Shown here piece after piece: positions 1 to 10,131 of a stretch of 64,000 bases of DNA. Source of the stretch: Balanoglossus misakiensis (Eukaryota; Animalia; Hemichordata); assembly GCA_040954595.2 (NCBI GenBank), contig CM082576.2, positions 20,507,028 through 20,571,027 on the forward strand, in the 5' to 3' direction. The translations under genes were made by a program, and so were the position numbers. The stretch's first letter is position 1; each line of letters starts with the position of its first letter. The notes under the pieces are model-generated. The model was not told the origin of the DNA. It saw nothing but the letters and a program-made list of their open reading frames with translations, and ran no database searches.

Positions 1-494
1 GTCAAATTAATCAATATGTGTGGGACTGCTATACATGTATATAAAACAGAATACTGCGATGGAAAATTCTATAACTTAATGTTTCAGTGGATATATGACT
101 TAAAGTTAGCAGTATGCAGTGAATTCAACAGAAAGTGTAATTTCCTCTTGTGTGAGCTCTGTGCGACTGTGCCAATGAAAATCTCACCACAAACAAAAAT
201 GACAGGTATACACTGTATATTAGCAGCTTTGTCTCTGTAATAGCCATAGTGTTTTGAAGTTGAAAACTTGCAAAGTGTGCAGTTTTATTCACACTACAAA
301 GGAAACATTGTTGAAACGGATTATCTGTGTACATTGTCAAACTGTACACTTGTCGCGAGATTTATTCTCAATTATATTACTAGTATATCATGCTACCGTC
401 TGCAACTCTGATTGGACGAGAGCTAAATCCAGCGATGCTAAAATACTCAATAATGCACTGCTGGCAGTGGTAAAACGGGCTTTCTGTTTGCCAC

Positions 495-807
495 ATGGGT
501 TTGTTCTTTAGGTTGTTGTATGTGTTTACACCCATCATGTTTATTGTAGAACCAGGGTCGATCAGTGAGGCAACTGCTGTTTGTTCTATCTGCACTGTTA
601 CTCGAGGCCTCCTGCCATTTGATTGTTGTACAGTGAAGCAGTATTCATCTCCCGAGCTGTCTTCCACTTTATGCACAGCTTTGACAGTTTTATCCTTGTC
701 TACCCTATTTGCCTTGCCTTTTGAATGGTAGCATTTGGCTAAATGGTTAGGTTTGCCACACTTCCTGCATGACTTGCCTTTAGCTGGACATACTGAGTCA
801 TGTGGTA
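495..807 (-). mobile_element. Ty3/Gypsy LTR retrotransposon fragment (gag zinc knuckle + start of aspartic protease), degenerate
   Basis: PHDSVCPAKGKSCRKCGKPNHLAKC is a CCHC knuckle (C-x2-C-x4-H-x4-C); downstream VTVQIEQTAVASLIDPGSTINMM resembles the retropepsin LIDTGS motif with DTG changed to DPG; no LTR, RT or integrase. Confidence 0.85.
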
Positions 808-997
808 CCATTATTAAAATTGGGGCCAGTCATCAAAACGTAAGTGAGCCAAAAAACTACAGGTCAGATAAATTGTTTTCTCGTAAATTCAACATTAGAA
901 TCAAATTTGGCGTTGGAAACAAACGGCGGGTCGCCAGTTCCTGGTCTGGAGGCTGGTAGAGTCACGTCTTGAAGACTGGCCCCTATTTTAATAATGG
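808..997. mobile_element. 190-bp MITE-like element with ~34-bp terminal inverted repeats (copies 16025-16214, 30930-31119, 45828-46017, 60725-60914)
   Basis: Left ccattattaaaat(t/a)ggggccagtcatcaaaacgt vs reverse complement of right end ccattattaaaataggggccagtcttcaagacgt; no TSD visible. Confidence 0.7.
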
Positions 998-1255
998 CAT
1001 TGTCATGACCGGCCAACCTTTGACCTCGGAGACCACAATGTAGAGCTATCGATCAGCTTTTCGCGTTTCAATCAAACATTGCAATCACGGGCTAAAATCA
1101 CTAACTAGTTGATACCTTTTTCGGTGTTTCATCTAACCTTTGAAAGGAGTATAATAAAAATGAAATGACCGCACGTAATGTGCATTTCTTGTTCACGTGT
1201 GGGGACTATATGTGTGCGTAATGATCCAAATGCAAGGGGTCGTGTGAACAGGCCT

Positions 1256-1640
1256 TAAATAATGAGTTTGCGTTAAATAATGAGTTTGCGTTAAATAATA
1301 AGTTGACAAACGGCGCGAGTGCATTTTTTCATGGTTTAGAAATCACTTATTTATATATAATTCATTATATAATGTAAATCACTCATGATATATATATAAT
1401 AGACTTGCACTTAAATTATTTATAAATCACTCATGATATATATATAATACACTTAATTTTTTTTTATTTATAAATAATTAATTATATATAAATAATTATG
1501 TACATCACTCATGATATATATATAATAGACTGACACTGACATTGTTTATAAATAATTTATTATATATAAATAAAAGAGCATAAAATACATTTTATGTATA
1601 TAATTGAATCGACTTGAAATTATTTATAAATAAATTGTCA
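1256..1640. repeat. AT-rich minisatellite tract
   Basis: ttaaataatgagtttgcg x2.5, then several copies of aaatcactcatgatatatatataatag...ttatttataaa. Confidence 0.8.
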
Positions 1641-2127
1641 GGACTTAAATGGTTTGCAAATCTATAATTACATACATATAAGTATGTTAAATAACGACTT
1701 TTGAACAAATAATTTAGCTAAATAATAAGTTAACACATGGCACCCCATACAAACATTACGTCCAGTCCAAATATTCTGCCAATTTTACATCCAATGCATT
1801 CAAATAGTGGACTGCTTCGCTTTCATCAAGTTTTCATGTGCATCGTATAAGTAGACTTTTGTTTTGTCCCGTCTTTTCACCGAATTTGCTCTTTTCCAAA
1901 TCTCCGACACAGACTATGATCGTCACATTCTTGTCTGTTGTTAGAACAGCACACTGCCATATGGCATTGACTGTATACAGTTTCTGTTACCAATATCTCT
2001 GGTTTGGCATTTTCCTGTCCTCAATCTTTTGCCAGGGATTTTTGTGTCCCCAACCCGCGTGAGAATCCCACGTCTTTGAAGGTATGACTGTGACTATAAG
2101 ATTCTATAAATCTCTGTTTATTTTCAG

Positions 2128-2258
2128 CACAAACATCATGTGCTGATTGCCCAGCTGGTAACCAATGTCCAAATGGTAACACTGTGATTTTATGCTCGGC
2201 TGGTTATTACAGTTCGGCCTTGGACAAAGGATGTCTCGCTGTACCTCTTGCATAACAG
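2128..2258 (+). pseudogene. Exon A1, Cys-rich GCC2/GCC3-like, frameshifted
   Basis: ttttcag|QTSCADCPAGNQCPNGNTVILCSAGYYS..(fs)..RCTSCIT|gtaaac; 131 bp. Confidence 0.8.
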
Positions 2259-2512
2259 GTAAACTTCTACCCACCAACCTTTATTTCCAACATCAAACAT
2301 TAGGTCAGGTAATTTACTAACTGAAAAATAGGATGGGAACATTTTCCATTTCTGTATTTAAAATTTACTGATATAATATATGAATGAAAAAATGACAATT
2401 TTTCCAAATTTGAATAGACCTCTATTTATGAAAATAATTAAAATTTGCGCCAATTTTTTACAGTGGTATTCAAAGGTTAACTTGGTGTGTATATTCTTTG
2501 TTTGATTTACAG

Positions 2513-2646
2513 ATCAGCCGGTGCTGAACAGTGTACTATTTGTGAGCAAGGGTACGCCTGCACAGATCCCAGTGCATCGCAATTCAAGTGTACCAAGGGT
2601 TACGTGTCATTGGCTGGTGCAACAAACTGTACCAGATGTACAAATG
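2513..2646 (+). pseudogene. Exon A2, GCC2/GCC3-like
   Basis: ttacag|SAGAEQCTICEQGYACTDPSASQFKCTKGYVSLAGATNCTRCTN|gtaaga; 134 bp, entry phase does not match exon A1. Confidence 0.8.
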
Positions 2647-2753
2647 GTAAGATTGTGGTACTTGTTCAGTTTGCTGTGTGATGAAACTGAGTGGTATGTG
2701 TGTATGCATGTATGTGTTTACAACAGATTTTCAAGTCAGTGCGACTGGGGTTA

Positions 2754-2785
<32 letters not shown>

Positions 2786-3029
2786 TACAACAGATTATCA
2801 ACTCAGTGCGAAATCTTGCGAGACCCGGTTAGCCATGTGAGATCTCGCAGAGTCTTATGATATTCAGAAAATGGTTGATTAGAAATGACGTTTAATGTCC
2901 TCCAAAGAATTTTCTACATGCCCGTATACTTGTCTCAGAATTATGAAGTGAATCATCTCAAGTAATTTGTTATTTTAAATGACACTGTATCACAAATACT
3001 TCACTAAAAACCTCATTTTCTTTAATCAG

Positions 3030-3227
3030 ATGAAATAAGTGAGGAGCCTGCACGCACATCCCGTCTTCTGTGCCCTGCTGGACAATCGTGTTCAGATCCA
3101 ATGTAAGATCCGCTTGACTGTGGCAATGGTGAATATGCTATGGAAGGCGACGGCACATGCACGCCTTGTCCAGCAGGATCCAAGTGTCCAACCATGTCAC
3201 CCGTAGTTGATTGTTCAACAGTTACTG
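3030..3227 (+). pseudogene. Exon A3, GCC2/GCC3-like, in-frame TAA at 3104-3106
   Basis: aatcag|EISEEPARTSRLLCPAGQSCSDPM*DPLDCGNGEYAMEGDGTCTPCPAGSKCPTMSPVVDCSTVT|gtaagt. Confidence 0.85.
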
Positions 3228-3452
3228 GTAAGTTGGGCTGCAAATTACTCTTATGACTTCCCTGTGTTATAGCATGACATACACAGAAAATTAAACTGTT
3301 ATGCTCATTGGAGTTGATATTGTGATGCACTTTGAAAAACACAATGATTCCACTGAAGAGGTATTGTACAGTAACACCTGTGATTACGGACATCTCTCTA
3401 ATAAGGGATCGTTGGACCAAACCAATCGTTCTTTGAATTTTTTCTGTGATAG

Positions 3453-3549
3453 GTTCATACTCGCTAGGTTCGGCCAAGTCCTTCTGGTTATGAATGCACA
3501 ACTACAAATGTCACACAGTGCGCTACAGGGAAGTAAAGTGTTGAAGGAG
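3453..3549 (+). pseudogene. Exon A4, GCC2/GCC3-like, frameshift + stop
   Basis: tgatag|SYSLGSAK..(fs)..PSGYECTTTNVTQCATGK*SVEG|gtaagt. Confidence 0.75.
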
Positions 3550-3661
3550 GTAAGTCTTGAAATCTCTTTTCTTCTGGTCTCGATTTGAACATGGTTCCAC
3601 AAGTTGTTTACATCACTTGTAGTTTTACATATTTTTTTAGTTCAACAGCTATGCTATACAT

Positions 3662-4311
3662 GGTGTCCTGAGAAGTCGACCAGTATGAGAAGTCGGTATC
3701 GGCCAGTACGAGAAGTCGGCCTGTGGGAGAGAACCCTGGTACTTTGTGTTATATATAACTGTTTCACTACGAAATGTTTCCTTGATGTACAGGAGCTGAG
3801 ATATTTGTACAAATAGCCGATGAATTTTAAAACTGTCTGTTCACTTTTCATGTACGTCACCGGGGTACGTCAACATCAGTCACCTGCACTTCTTGAGCTG
3901 CGCCAGTAGTCTGTTCCTTGTCACGTTTGTTTGTTTGTTTGTTTGGTGTTGTCTCAGAAAGTATGAATATACACATACATCTTCTATGTATTTTAGTAGG
4001 CTTTGAAACAACTCCCTTTAATCAGAAATGTCACAGGAATTTGGCGAACAACCTAAGCTCCTTACGCGGATACGGGGATGGGGAACTGGTACGGATGCCA
4101 GACGCCATTATTTGAAATGACGCCATTGTGTTGTCAAGAATTTGGGAAATCCGTCCAAATGAAAATATTTAGTGCAATTATATTTTATTAAGTGTTGTTA
4201 TAAGTAATCTGGGTCATCACTGCACTATTCGGGTACAAGTTCAACAACTGGCCGACTTCTCATACGCGCGTAGTGGCTGACTTCTAATCTGGCCGACTTC
4301 TCATGTATTCC
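3662..4311. mobile_element. Non-autonomous DNA element with modular inverted subterminal repeats (MULE/foldback-like); copies 18879-19528, 33783-34432, 48657-49323, 63579-end
   Basis: gagaagtcg(g/a)ccag repeats at the left end, ctggccgacttctc repeats at the right end; flanked by (c)tatacat on both sides (3654-3661, 4311-4318); superfamily is inference. Confidence 0.7.
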
Positions 4312-4487
4312 TATACATTAGTGAAAATTGGGGAAACTGGTGTTTTCAGACAACTTATGAAGTCCCTTTCGCAATATTAACTCTAAAACAGCGGGTGATA
4401 TTCCTTTTAAAATTTAACCAAATAAGCATACTTGAACTCTGTCATATCGGCAAAACACTCACTACACAAGCTGCTGTTATTCTACAG

Positions 4488-4704
4488 ACATGACATGTGC
4501 TGATTGCGGCGTAGGTAACTACTGTCCAGATGGGTCAGACAGCCCCATTCCTTGTCCATCAAGTTATTATGCTGACACAGCCACAGAAGTATCCTGTACC
4601 CCTTGCGATCCAGGCTGTCAGTGTGCAGCAACATCACCCACTTGCCTGCACATCAAGAACCTACTCTCTGGGACCATCAACAACATGTACTCCCCTTCTA
4701 CCAG
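4488..4704 (+). pseudogene. Exon A5, GCC2/GCC3-like, frameshifted
   Basis: ctacag|MTCADCGVGNYCPDGSDSPIPCPSSYYADTATEVSCTPCDPGCQCAATSP..(fs)..ACTSRTYSLGPSTTCTPLLP|gtttgt; continues the motif from exon A4. Confidence 0.85.
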
Positions 4705-5524
4705 GTTTGTAGTCGTCTTAGTCGTAAAAACATATTTAAGGTGTTGGGCACCTCGAAATAAAGGGTCGTCTGATCATGTTAAAATTAATACTGATGATAC
4801 TATGACTTCTAAACATTTAATCTATGGAATAAAAATTGGGGGTCAACCATCTAGAGTTTTGAAAAAGCGCCCTTTATCTAGCACCTCTTTCAGATTTTGC
4901 CAGGCTCGTAGATTTTTGTAAAATGGCCTCAAAAATAAGAATTTTGGAAGGTTTGTCATATTTTTTCACCATTGTAGAATCTAAATGTTCTGAATTATTT
5001 TATTTTTAGCAATTTTGAGATTGCTTCATGTTCAGTATGATAATCGCATGTCAATACAACTGTTACATTAAAGGAAAAGTTCAAATCCGCCTAAAACCAC
5101 ATTGCATTGGTACCTAGTTAAGTTGTCCTCACTTCTGACGCAAAATTTTGATGTGCAATGCACGTGTCTGTGAAATTGACGAATAAAAAAATTGTATACC
5201 AGTGCAAAATTAAAAACTCCCTGTGCAGCCTTCTTGGCAACTGCATGCTGGGAAAAGTACTCGGATGATGACGAAAAAGTTTCGGGGTTCCGGGTAGTGC
5301 TACCCCGGAATACAATGTTGGGTGCAGACTCCAACTATGGAAAAGAGATGCAGAATGTCATGTGATATAGTAGTGAAAACAAATACACGTTGGTTCACGT
5401 ATTTCAGCTCTCAGCAATCAGGGTGCATTAAAAGGCCTTGATTGGTGTGATATTCACAATTGATGATTATAAATACTTACAGTTGTATACTGTTTTATTT
5501 TGTAAATATTGTGTACATTTGCAG

Positions 5525-5654
5525 CAATGAATCCGTGCGAACACAAACCTTAACCCATGCCGGAATGCTGGTACTTGCCAAGCAATCCAGGGATCTTGTA
5601 CAGGCGTCACATGTCTATGTGCTGGCTGCTACCTGGGCTTCACATGTGAAACAC
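5525..5654 (+). pseudogene. EGF exon E1, +1 frameshift
   Basis: ttgcag|MNPCEHKP(fs)NPCRNAGTCQAIQGSCTGVTCLCAGCYLGFTCET|gtgagt; 130 bp. Confidence 0.85.
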
Positions 5655-5884
5655 GTGAGTACAGTACTTTGTCATTTATTAAAAAATCTAAGTGCTGAGG
5701 TACATTGTAGTAATAATAGCAGGTGTAGTCATTATCATCATCATCATCATCTTTAAGTCAGTCATATGATCGGTAATAAAAACAGTAAAATCACCAGTAT
5801 AAAAACATAACAGAGAAATAATGAACGTGTACTGGTGTTACCATAGGTAACTGTTGTATAAAATTTTGAATTCCTGTCTTCCAG

Positions 5885-6007
5885 TTCCTAATCCATGCTT
5901 CACTAGTCCTTGTCTCAATGGAGGTACCTGCCAACAACAGGCAAATTCTTGTACTGCCACCATTGGCATGTGCACAGAGTGTTACTAGGGAAACAGGTGT
6001 GAGACAA
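5885..6007 (+). pseudogene. EGF exon E2, in-frame TAG, one Cys lost
   Basis: ttccag|PNPCFTSPCLNGGTCQQQANSCTATIGMCTECY*GNRCET|gtaagt; 123 bp. Confidence 0.88.
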
Positions 6008-6103
6008 GTAAGTTTGAATCTATAGCAGTTAATAATGATAATTATCATTTTTTTTTATTATGATTTAAACTTCACTGATGTTGTACAAACACAAAAATAG
6101 AAA

Positions 6104-6568
6104 TAATAATAATAATAATAATAATTTATTTGTATAGCGTCAGTATCCACAAAAAATGTGATCAATGACGCTTAAAGCAAAAGTACAATACAACACAACA
6201 AATGGCTAAAAAACAGATTTAAAAAGTAAAGTTTTAACATTTGATTTAAAAACAGATAAGTCTGGTGCCTGGCGAATGGTGAGTGGAAGATTATTCCAAA
6301 GAATTGGAGCAGCAACAGTAAAAGCACGATCACCATAACTCTTGGTGCGTGATCGAACAGGGCAGAGTTTGAACTGATCAGCTGACCTCAAATTGCGACA
6401 CGGAACATATAGATTAGTCATGCTAGAAAGATAGATTGGACCAAGTTTATGAATGGATTTAAAAATGAGAACTAACATCTTAAAAACAATACGCTCTGTA
6501 ACAGGTAGCCAGTGCAACTGATACAAAATTGGAGTGATGTGACAGGTGATTTTTGAATGAGTAACAAT
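6104..6568 (-). mobile_element. 5'-truncated L2/CR1-group LINE (ORF2 C-terminus, 3' stem-loop, (ATT)n tail)
   Basis: HITPILYQLHWLPVTERIVFK...YGDRAFTVAAPILWNNLP...FKSNVKTLLF is the typical L2-clade ORF2 C-terminus; gcgtca...tgacgc stem at 6137-6171; (aat)n tail; candidate TSD tagaaa at 6098-6103 and 6569-6574. Confidence 0.92.
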
Positions 6569-6792
6569 TAGAAAGGGACAGCAGCTTAGCTCTATTCCTT
6601 TTCCAAAGTGTTTGTTCTTTTAAACTACCTGTTTTTTATTTATTCTGATTATGCTAATATGCTAATTTGTCGGTTTGTCACATCACAATTTTTGTAGGAA
6701 ACTCACCCCTGGGAATTTTTTTCAGCCACTGACATACATTCATAATCACATGACATTGATGATCATGGAAAATTTGACCCTTTTCCTTGTAG

Positions 6793-6915
6793 GACTCAAC
6801 CAGTGTCCACCAAATCCGTGCCAGAATGGTGGCTTCTGTCAACCGGCTCGAAATTCCTGCTTTGATCTCACCTGCATATGTACTGGTTGCTACAAAGGTG
6901 ATAGGTGTGAGATAT
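6793..6915 (+). pseudogene. EGF exon E3, open, all 8 Cys
   Basis: ttgtag|LNQCPPNPCQNGGFCQPARNSCFDLTCICTGCYKGDRCEI|gtaagt; 123 bp. Confidence 0.9.
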
Positions 6916-7469
6916 GTAAGTATACAGCGCAGTCTCTTTTACCTTTTGTCTCTGATGCATTCAAATACTGCATGTTTCCTGAGCATAGGTGTAGCCATCA
7001 CCACAGCAGAGCTTGGAGCGTTCTTGACATCGAATGCAAGATTACACTCTTCCCAATCAAAATCACTTTCGTAGCGCATAATGTCTTGATTGTCTTAGTT
7101 CAAGAAACATTATGCGCGACTGGCCAATTTTACAGCCTTTTGTCAACGCACATCCACTATGGAAATTCTCACTCCAGGCCAGATAGTGTAAATTTACATA
7201 TGAGTCTACAGGTATGCTTGAAGTCAAGTCAAGCATTTGCAAGGAACCCTCCTCCAGTACACAGGTCTTTGATTTCATGAAGGGAAGCCCTTGCCTCACA
7301 GTCACTGCCACATGATCTATGGAGGTGTGAACAACTTGATACCAGCCTAATATAAGTTGTAGGCACAATCACTCCACACACCCTTGCCATAATTCTGCAA
7401 GGTTTTTGCCATATCTGTACTGTAGAATGAGTAGCAAGGAATAAAATGGCGTCCTTTCTTAATTTCCAG

Positions 7470-7584
7470 TGCAAAACCCCTGTGATCCCAACCCATGTAT
7501 GAATGGTGGATTTTGCCAGCAAACATCGTGCAATTTCTATTCATGCCAGTGTGTGAACTCTTACACAGGTGACATCTGTCAAAC
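7470..7584 (+). pseudogene. EGF exon E4, separated from its donor (8712) by a TIR-element insertion
   Basis: ttccag|QNPCDPNPCMNGGFCQQTSCNFYSCQCVNSYTGDICQT[insertion]aa|gtgagt. Confidence 0.88.
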
Positions 7585-8702
7585 CATAGACCCTAGAGAA
7601 AGAAGGACGAGCAACTGCGGCAAAGATCAAAGGGTTTGGGGATTATCTGTATGATGATGTTCTTTTGCATATAATTAACACCCAGGACAGTTGGACAATG
7701 ACTTCCTTACTTCGGCACGTGTCAACCCCACCAGTGATGCGAAAACTTGCCACCAAACTGACACTCCTGCATTTCAGCAGCCACTGCGTTTTTTTCTAAA
7801 ATTCTAAAAGTATTACGATGTCTGTGCTAATTATTATGGTCGTCTGTCGGATGAACGGTCATTTCTAGTGCCACAAGCTTCATTTAAAAATTGTAAACAA
7901 ATCATCCATGCCAAATTCCTGTTTAACTTGTGCAGATGTGTTCCATAAATGATTGCTGCGTTCAACCACGTTGCAGTTTTCTCGTCTTCTGCGAGATGTT
8001 CTAAGGTGTTTGTGATAACTTCACGCAAAACGCGAGACTTTGCGTTAGTTTATACACAGTTTATTTGCAAATTGGATTATTGGGATTTACCTGGAAATAA
8101 TGTATGCAAAAGAACATCATTTCAAGAAAAAACTGGAGTTGCGCGTCCTTCTTGCATGTCCGACTGGGCACTCATATTTCTTGGTAACGCTGACACTTTT
8201 CGTAATAATTTTATGTTTGCGTGAAGCATTGAAACAAAAATTGTGGTTTAGGGGCATTTTATTTCGCAGTGCGTGAACAATAAAACAGATTTCACGAAAA
8301 CAATTTATAAACAAACTGGCTGGATTTTCATGTGTGCGCTATTGCCGCCAGGCAACCCTCGGTACGGTTAGCTCACAGCCTTGTGAAATACCCGGACTGT
8401 TAGACAAAAGATGCTTGTTTTGGACGCTGTCAGACTCAGAGGTGCCAAATTCCTGTTTAACTTGTGCAGATGTGTTCCATAAATGATTGCTGCGTTCAAC
8501 CACGTTGCAGTTTTCTCGTCTTCTGCGAGATGTTCTAAGGTGTTTGTGATAACTTCACGCAAAACGCGAGACTTTGCGTTAGTTTATACACAGTTTATTT
8601 GCAAATTGGATTATTGGGATTTACCTGGAAATAATGTATGCAAAAGAACATCATTTCAAGAAAAAACTGGAGTTGCGCGTCCTTCTTTCTCTAGGGTCCA
8701 TG
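7585..8702. mobile_element. Non-autonomous TIR DNA transposon, 1118 bp, 7-bp TSD GTCAAAC
   Basis: TIR catagaccctagagaaagaaggacgagcaact vs reverse complement of right end catggaccctagagaaagaaggacgcgcaact; gtcaaac at 7578-7584 and 8703-8709; no transposase ORF. Confidence 0.92.
7909..8687 (+). repeat. 245-bp direct duplication inside the TIR element (7909-8153 = 8443-8687)
   Basis: tgccaaattcctgtttaac...gttgcgcgtccttctt occurs twice at offset 534. Confidence 0.93.
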
Positions 8703-8955
8703 GTCAAACAAGTGAGTATATACTTTCAAGACACCCTGCAAACAAACAAGCAATCTTTATTCCGTAGATCTTTAAGCATATTTATGCATTGTATATTTTG
8801 ATGTGAAACTTCAAATTTTATTGGTCTTGTTGCCAAACTTCTGAAGAAATGAGGATATTGTTTTGAAGGGTATTTTATCAGTAGATAACAAATACCATGG
8901 CCCTCCATGCAAATACCCACATGGTAAATTAAAACTGTTACAGGTGTATTTGATT

Positions 8956-9269
8956 TAAGCAATAAAACACCCCCAGCCATGGTATACCACGAGATTTTGA
9001 CCAGTTCACGACATATACGCACGAGCGATAGCGAGTGCGTATATGGAGTTGAACTGGTCAAAATCGAGTGGTATACCATGGCTGGGGTTGTTTTATTGCT
9101 ATTATATTATGCCAGTATATTGAAACTTTGCATAAAACATTTTAAAAAGGCATTTTCTTTGACTATGATATATGACTGTGGTATATGGCTAATATATCCT
9201 GGTCACGTGTCGTGTCTCGACCAATCAAATAGCGTGATTTACACCTTCAATATACTGGTATAATATAAT
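8956..9269 (+). mobile_element. 314-bp non-autonomous palindromic element, Crypton-like; present in all full units
   Basis: Long imperfect hairpin agcaataaaacacccccagccatggtataccac...gtggtataccatggctggggttgttttattgct, then a second inverted pair attatattatgccagtatattgaa...ttcaatatactggtataatataat; ends defined by the inverted copy at 11399-11712; family assignment is recalled resemblance to CryptonV-type non-autonomous elements. Confidence 0.8.
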
Positions 9270-9500
9270 TCCACATATGGATTACATGTGGGATAATATT
9301 GGGTGCTGGCAGTTTCAGTAAATGAACTGCTCTTAAAAGTTGGGTGTCAGGGCACCCTTGACTTCTTATTGTTCAGTTATACATTTAGGTGGCTCAGTTA
9401 TAGGAGAACCCGATAGAACCACAGCTGTAGGAATTAGGGAAATGGTCATACCCTAAAAAACTTATGTCACTACTATTTTTTTTTCATGCCATTGAAACAG

Positions 9501-9617
9501 AACAAACTCCATGTAGGCCAAGTCCATGCCTGAACAATGGGCGGTGTACTCAGCTGTCTTGTACAACTTATGAGTGTACTTGTCCAGGATGTTTCACCGG
9601 CACACACTGCAGCCAGT
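9501..9617 (+). pseudogene. EGF exon E5, open, all 8 Cys
   Basis: aaacag|QTPCRPSPCLNNGRCTQLSCTTYECTCPGCFTGTHCSQ|gtaaaa; 117 bp. Confidence 0.85.
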
Positions 9618-10008
9618 GTAAAACTCATTAAAACAAACATTTGTCATGCAGGAACTAACATTTACAATCATGTCTCAATACATTGTCTGTTGGTCATACT
9701 TTATATTTTCATCTTCAGCATCACACCTTGGTCCTTGGGAATCGGTCACCTCAAAAATGATGTACAGCTGAAAGAAAACATGTTTATTTGAAGAAAAAAC
9801 TGTTGATCGTTCATGAAAATTTTCCCTACACAAGATACATATACAGAGATTTTCATAGCCCCATAAGTGCGTCCCAGAATGAGCAAGTTGTTTTTGGAAG
9901 TGAAGTTCCGTTCAGTATTTACAGTAATGGTAATGATGATGTTTTCATCAAACAGATTTTGAAAGTAAATATTGCTGAGATAACATTAGGTTGCACTTTT
10001 TATTGCAG

Positions 10009-10131
10009 TCCAAGATCCAGGCCAGCGAAACAGCTGTCTCAACGGGGCTGTATGTAATGCAGTGGCCAACTCCTGCACGGCATATACCTGTGCCTGTACT
10101 GGTTGCTATGAGGGTAACCGTTGTGAAATAT
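10009..10131 (+). pseudogene. EGF exon E6, first Cys lost; donor GT>TT in unit 1 only
   Basis: ttgcag|QDPGQRNSCLNGAVCNAVANSCTAYTCACTGCYEGNRCEI|ttaagt (gtaagt at 25349 and in units 3 and 4). Confidence 0.87.

Noticed and set aside
380-811. 143-aa ORF as a functional gene
   Set aside because: Only the Gypsy gag/protease part is recognisable; the start codon lies in the adjoining MITE, the catalytic motif is DPG and the C-terminal third is unrelated
1000-1250. Promoter or small RNA gene in the CpG-richer spacer
   Set aside because: No tRNA cloverleaf, Pol III A/B boxes, snRNA or 5S similarity recognised; aacctttgacct alone is too common to call
1945-2082. Possible additional degenerate Cys-rich exon ending tctttgaag|gtatga
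   Set aside because: Has a donor-like end and CQGFLCP, but no consistent frame or clear acceptor
3662-3725. CRISPR-like or iteron-like short repeats (gagaagtcggccag)
   Set aside because: No unique spacers, eukaryotic context, and mirrored at 4248-4305 as subterminal repeats of a DNA element
4737-5430. Kolobok-like elements starting at TTAA (ttaaggtgttgggcacctcg, ttaaaggaaaagttca)
   Set aside because: Only one end of each is visible and I could not find matching TIRs, so boundaries are unsupported
6675-7280. 201-aa ORF (longest in track) as a CDS
   Set aside because: It is exon E3 read through into flanking intron; the AG/GT sites delimit only 6793-6915
7909-8687. TRIM/mini LTR retrotransposon
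   Set aside because: Repeats lack a CA 3' end, PBS, PPT and TSD, and overlap the TIR of the host DNA element
8979-9263. 94-aa ORF conserved in both orientations (also 11405-11689)
   Set aside because: By-product of the palindromic 314-bp element; no recognisable domain
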